Shown here: one piece after another, positions 63,347 to 64,000 of the stretch
How positions within the stretch are numbered: position 1 is the stretch's first letter
Layout of the letters: every line of letters starts with the position of its first letter
Assembly: GCA_032718475.1 (NCBI GenBank)
Contig: JAUCBJ010008926.1
Location: forward strand, 1-64,000
Direction of reading: 5' to 3'
DNA: 64,000 bases
From: Nemertoderma westbladi
Taxonomy: Eukaryota; Animalia; Xenacoelomorpha
Notes under the pieces: model-generated
Databases searched by the model: none
What the model was told of the DNA's origin: nothing
What the model saw: only the letters and a program-made list of their open reading frames with translations
Translations under genes and position numbers: made by a program

Positions 63347-64000
63347 TTAGTCTTTCTTGCGCGGACGGCGTTTACGCAGTTTCTTAAGATTAACAAGAGT
63401 CCTTTTCTCTTTGGGGCGAGCCACTTTACGAGGAGGGCTGTAGCTCCTAGGCGAAGGGTGCAATATAATTGCATCAGAGGGTGCAGGGTTACGATCGGTA
63501 TACCCGCCGGTCGAAGTACCTGGTTGAGTAATATCAATCTCAGGGGAGTGAGGTCTAACGGCCTTTAGAGCGCGTCTCAAGACAGCAGCTCCTACGGGTC
63601 CTTGACGGATCGTCTGGACAATAGCGGTGGGTGGACCGTGAGTGGTGAGGAACTTTCTCGGTTTAATGGTTCTCTCCAGCTCGCGTTCTCAGGTTCGGTA
63701 TTCATATGGGCGCCGAGATACTTCCTGGAGTTCAGGATGCGAGTTCACGAAAATGTCGCCATACTCAGGGTCCGTACGGATAAAATTGATCAGGTGATAT
63801 GTGGTTATATCATTAGGGTTAACGTTTCTAAGGTATTTCCTGACAAACTTGGTGGAAATACACTCACCAACACGCTTCATTAACTCGTAACTTGGTACGC
63901 GTGTTTTCTGTTCAATCGACGCGAATAGATAAGGATGGAACGCGTAAACTCCCTCGTAAGCTCGTCCAGGGTAATAGCGATGTCTGGATTCGCAATGTAA
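63347..64000 (-). pseudogene. Unidentified reading frame running off the window edge, with an internal stop and a basic C-terminal tail
   Basis: Frame open from 64000 to a TGA at 63689-63691; the same frame resumes to 63347, ending KKLRKRRPRKKD*. Confidence 0.5.

Overview
AT-rich, repeat-dense eukaryotic (invertebrate-like animal) genomic DNA with spliceosomal introns. (1) ~4.5-13.1 kb: a decayed Polinton/Maverick-type module: a frameshifted protein-primed B-family DNA polymerase followed by an intact TBP-like ORF, a B-box/tRNA-T-arm-like repeat array, a flip-flop palindromic array joined to an inverted polymerase fragment, and duplicated hairpin-rich regulatory DNA. (2) 13.2-18.0 kb: a full-length but defective Mag-like Gypsy LTR retrotransposon with both LTRs, PBS, PPT and a 5-bp TSD. 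(3) 19.5-28.7 kb: nested non-LTR retrotransposon relics (RTE-like, L2/CR1-like, RTEX-like). (4) 30.4-35.3 kb: a dispersed repeat carrying three insertions, including ~4.4 essentially identical 412-bp units, each with a tRNA-like Pol III promoter fused to a type I hammerhead ribozyme, flanked by a 15-16-bp TSD (a retrozyme-like concatemer; the empty site is present at ~41.0 kb). (5) 38.7-64 kb: host genes: a SAXO/FAM154 gene (+, three exons seen) with TRMT11 (-) nested in intron 2, an intronless HSPE1 and a PGAP4/TMEM246 exon (both -), plus MITEs, a P-like non-autonomous element and an unidentified interrupted ORF at the right edge. All calls come from reading motifs by eye; no database search was run.
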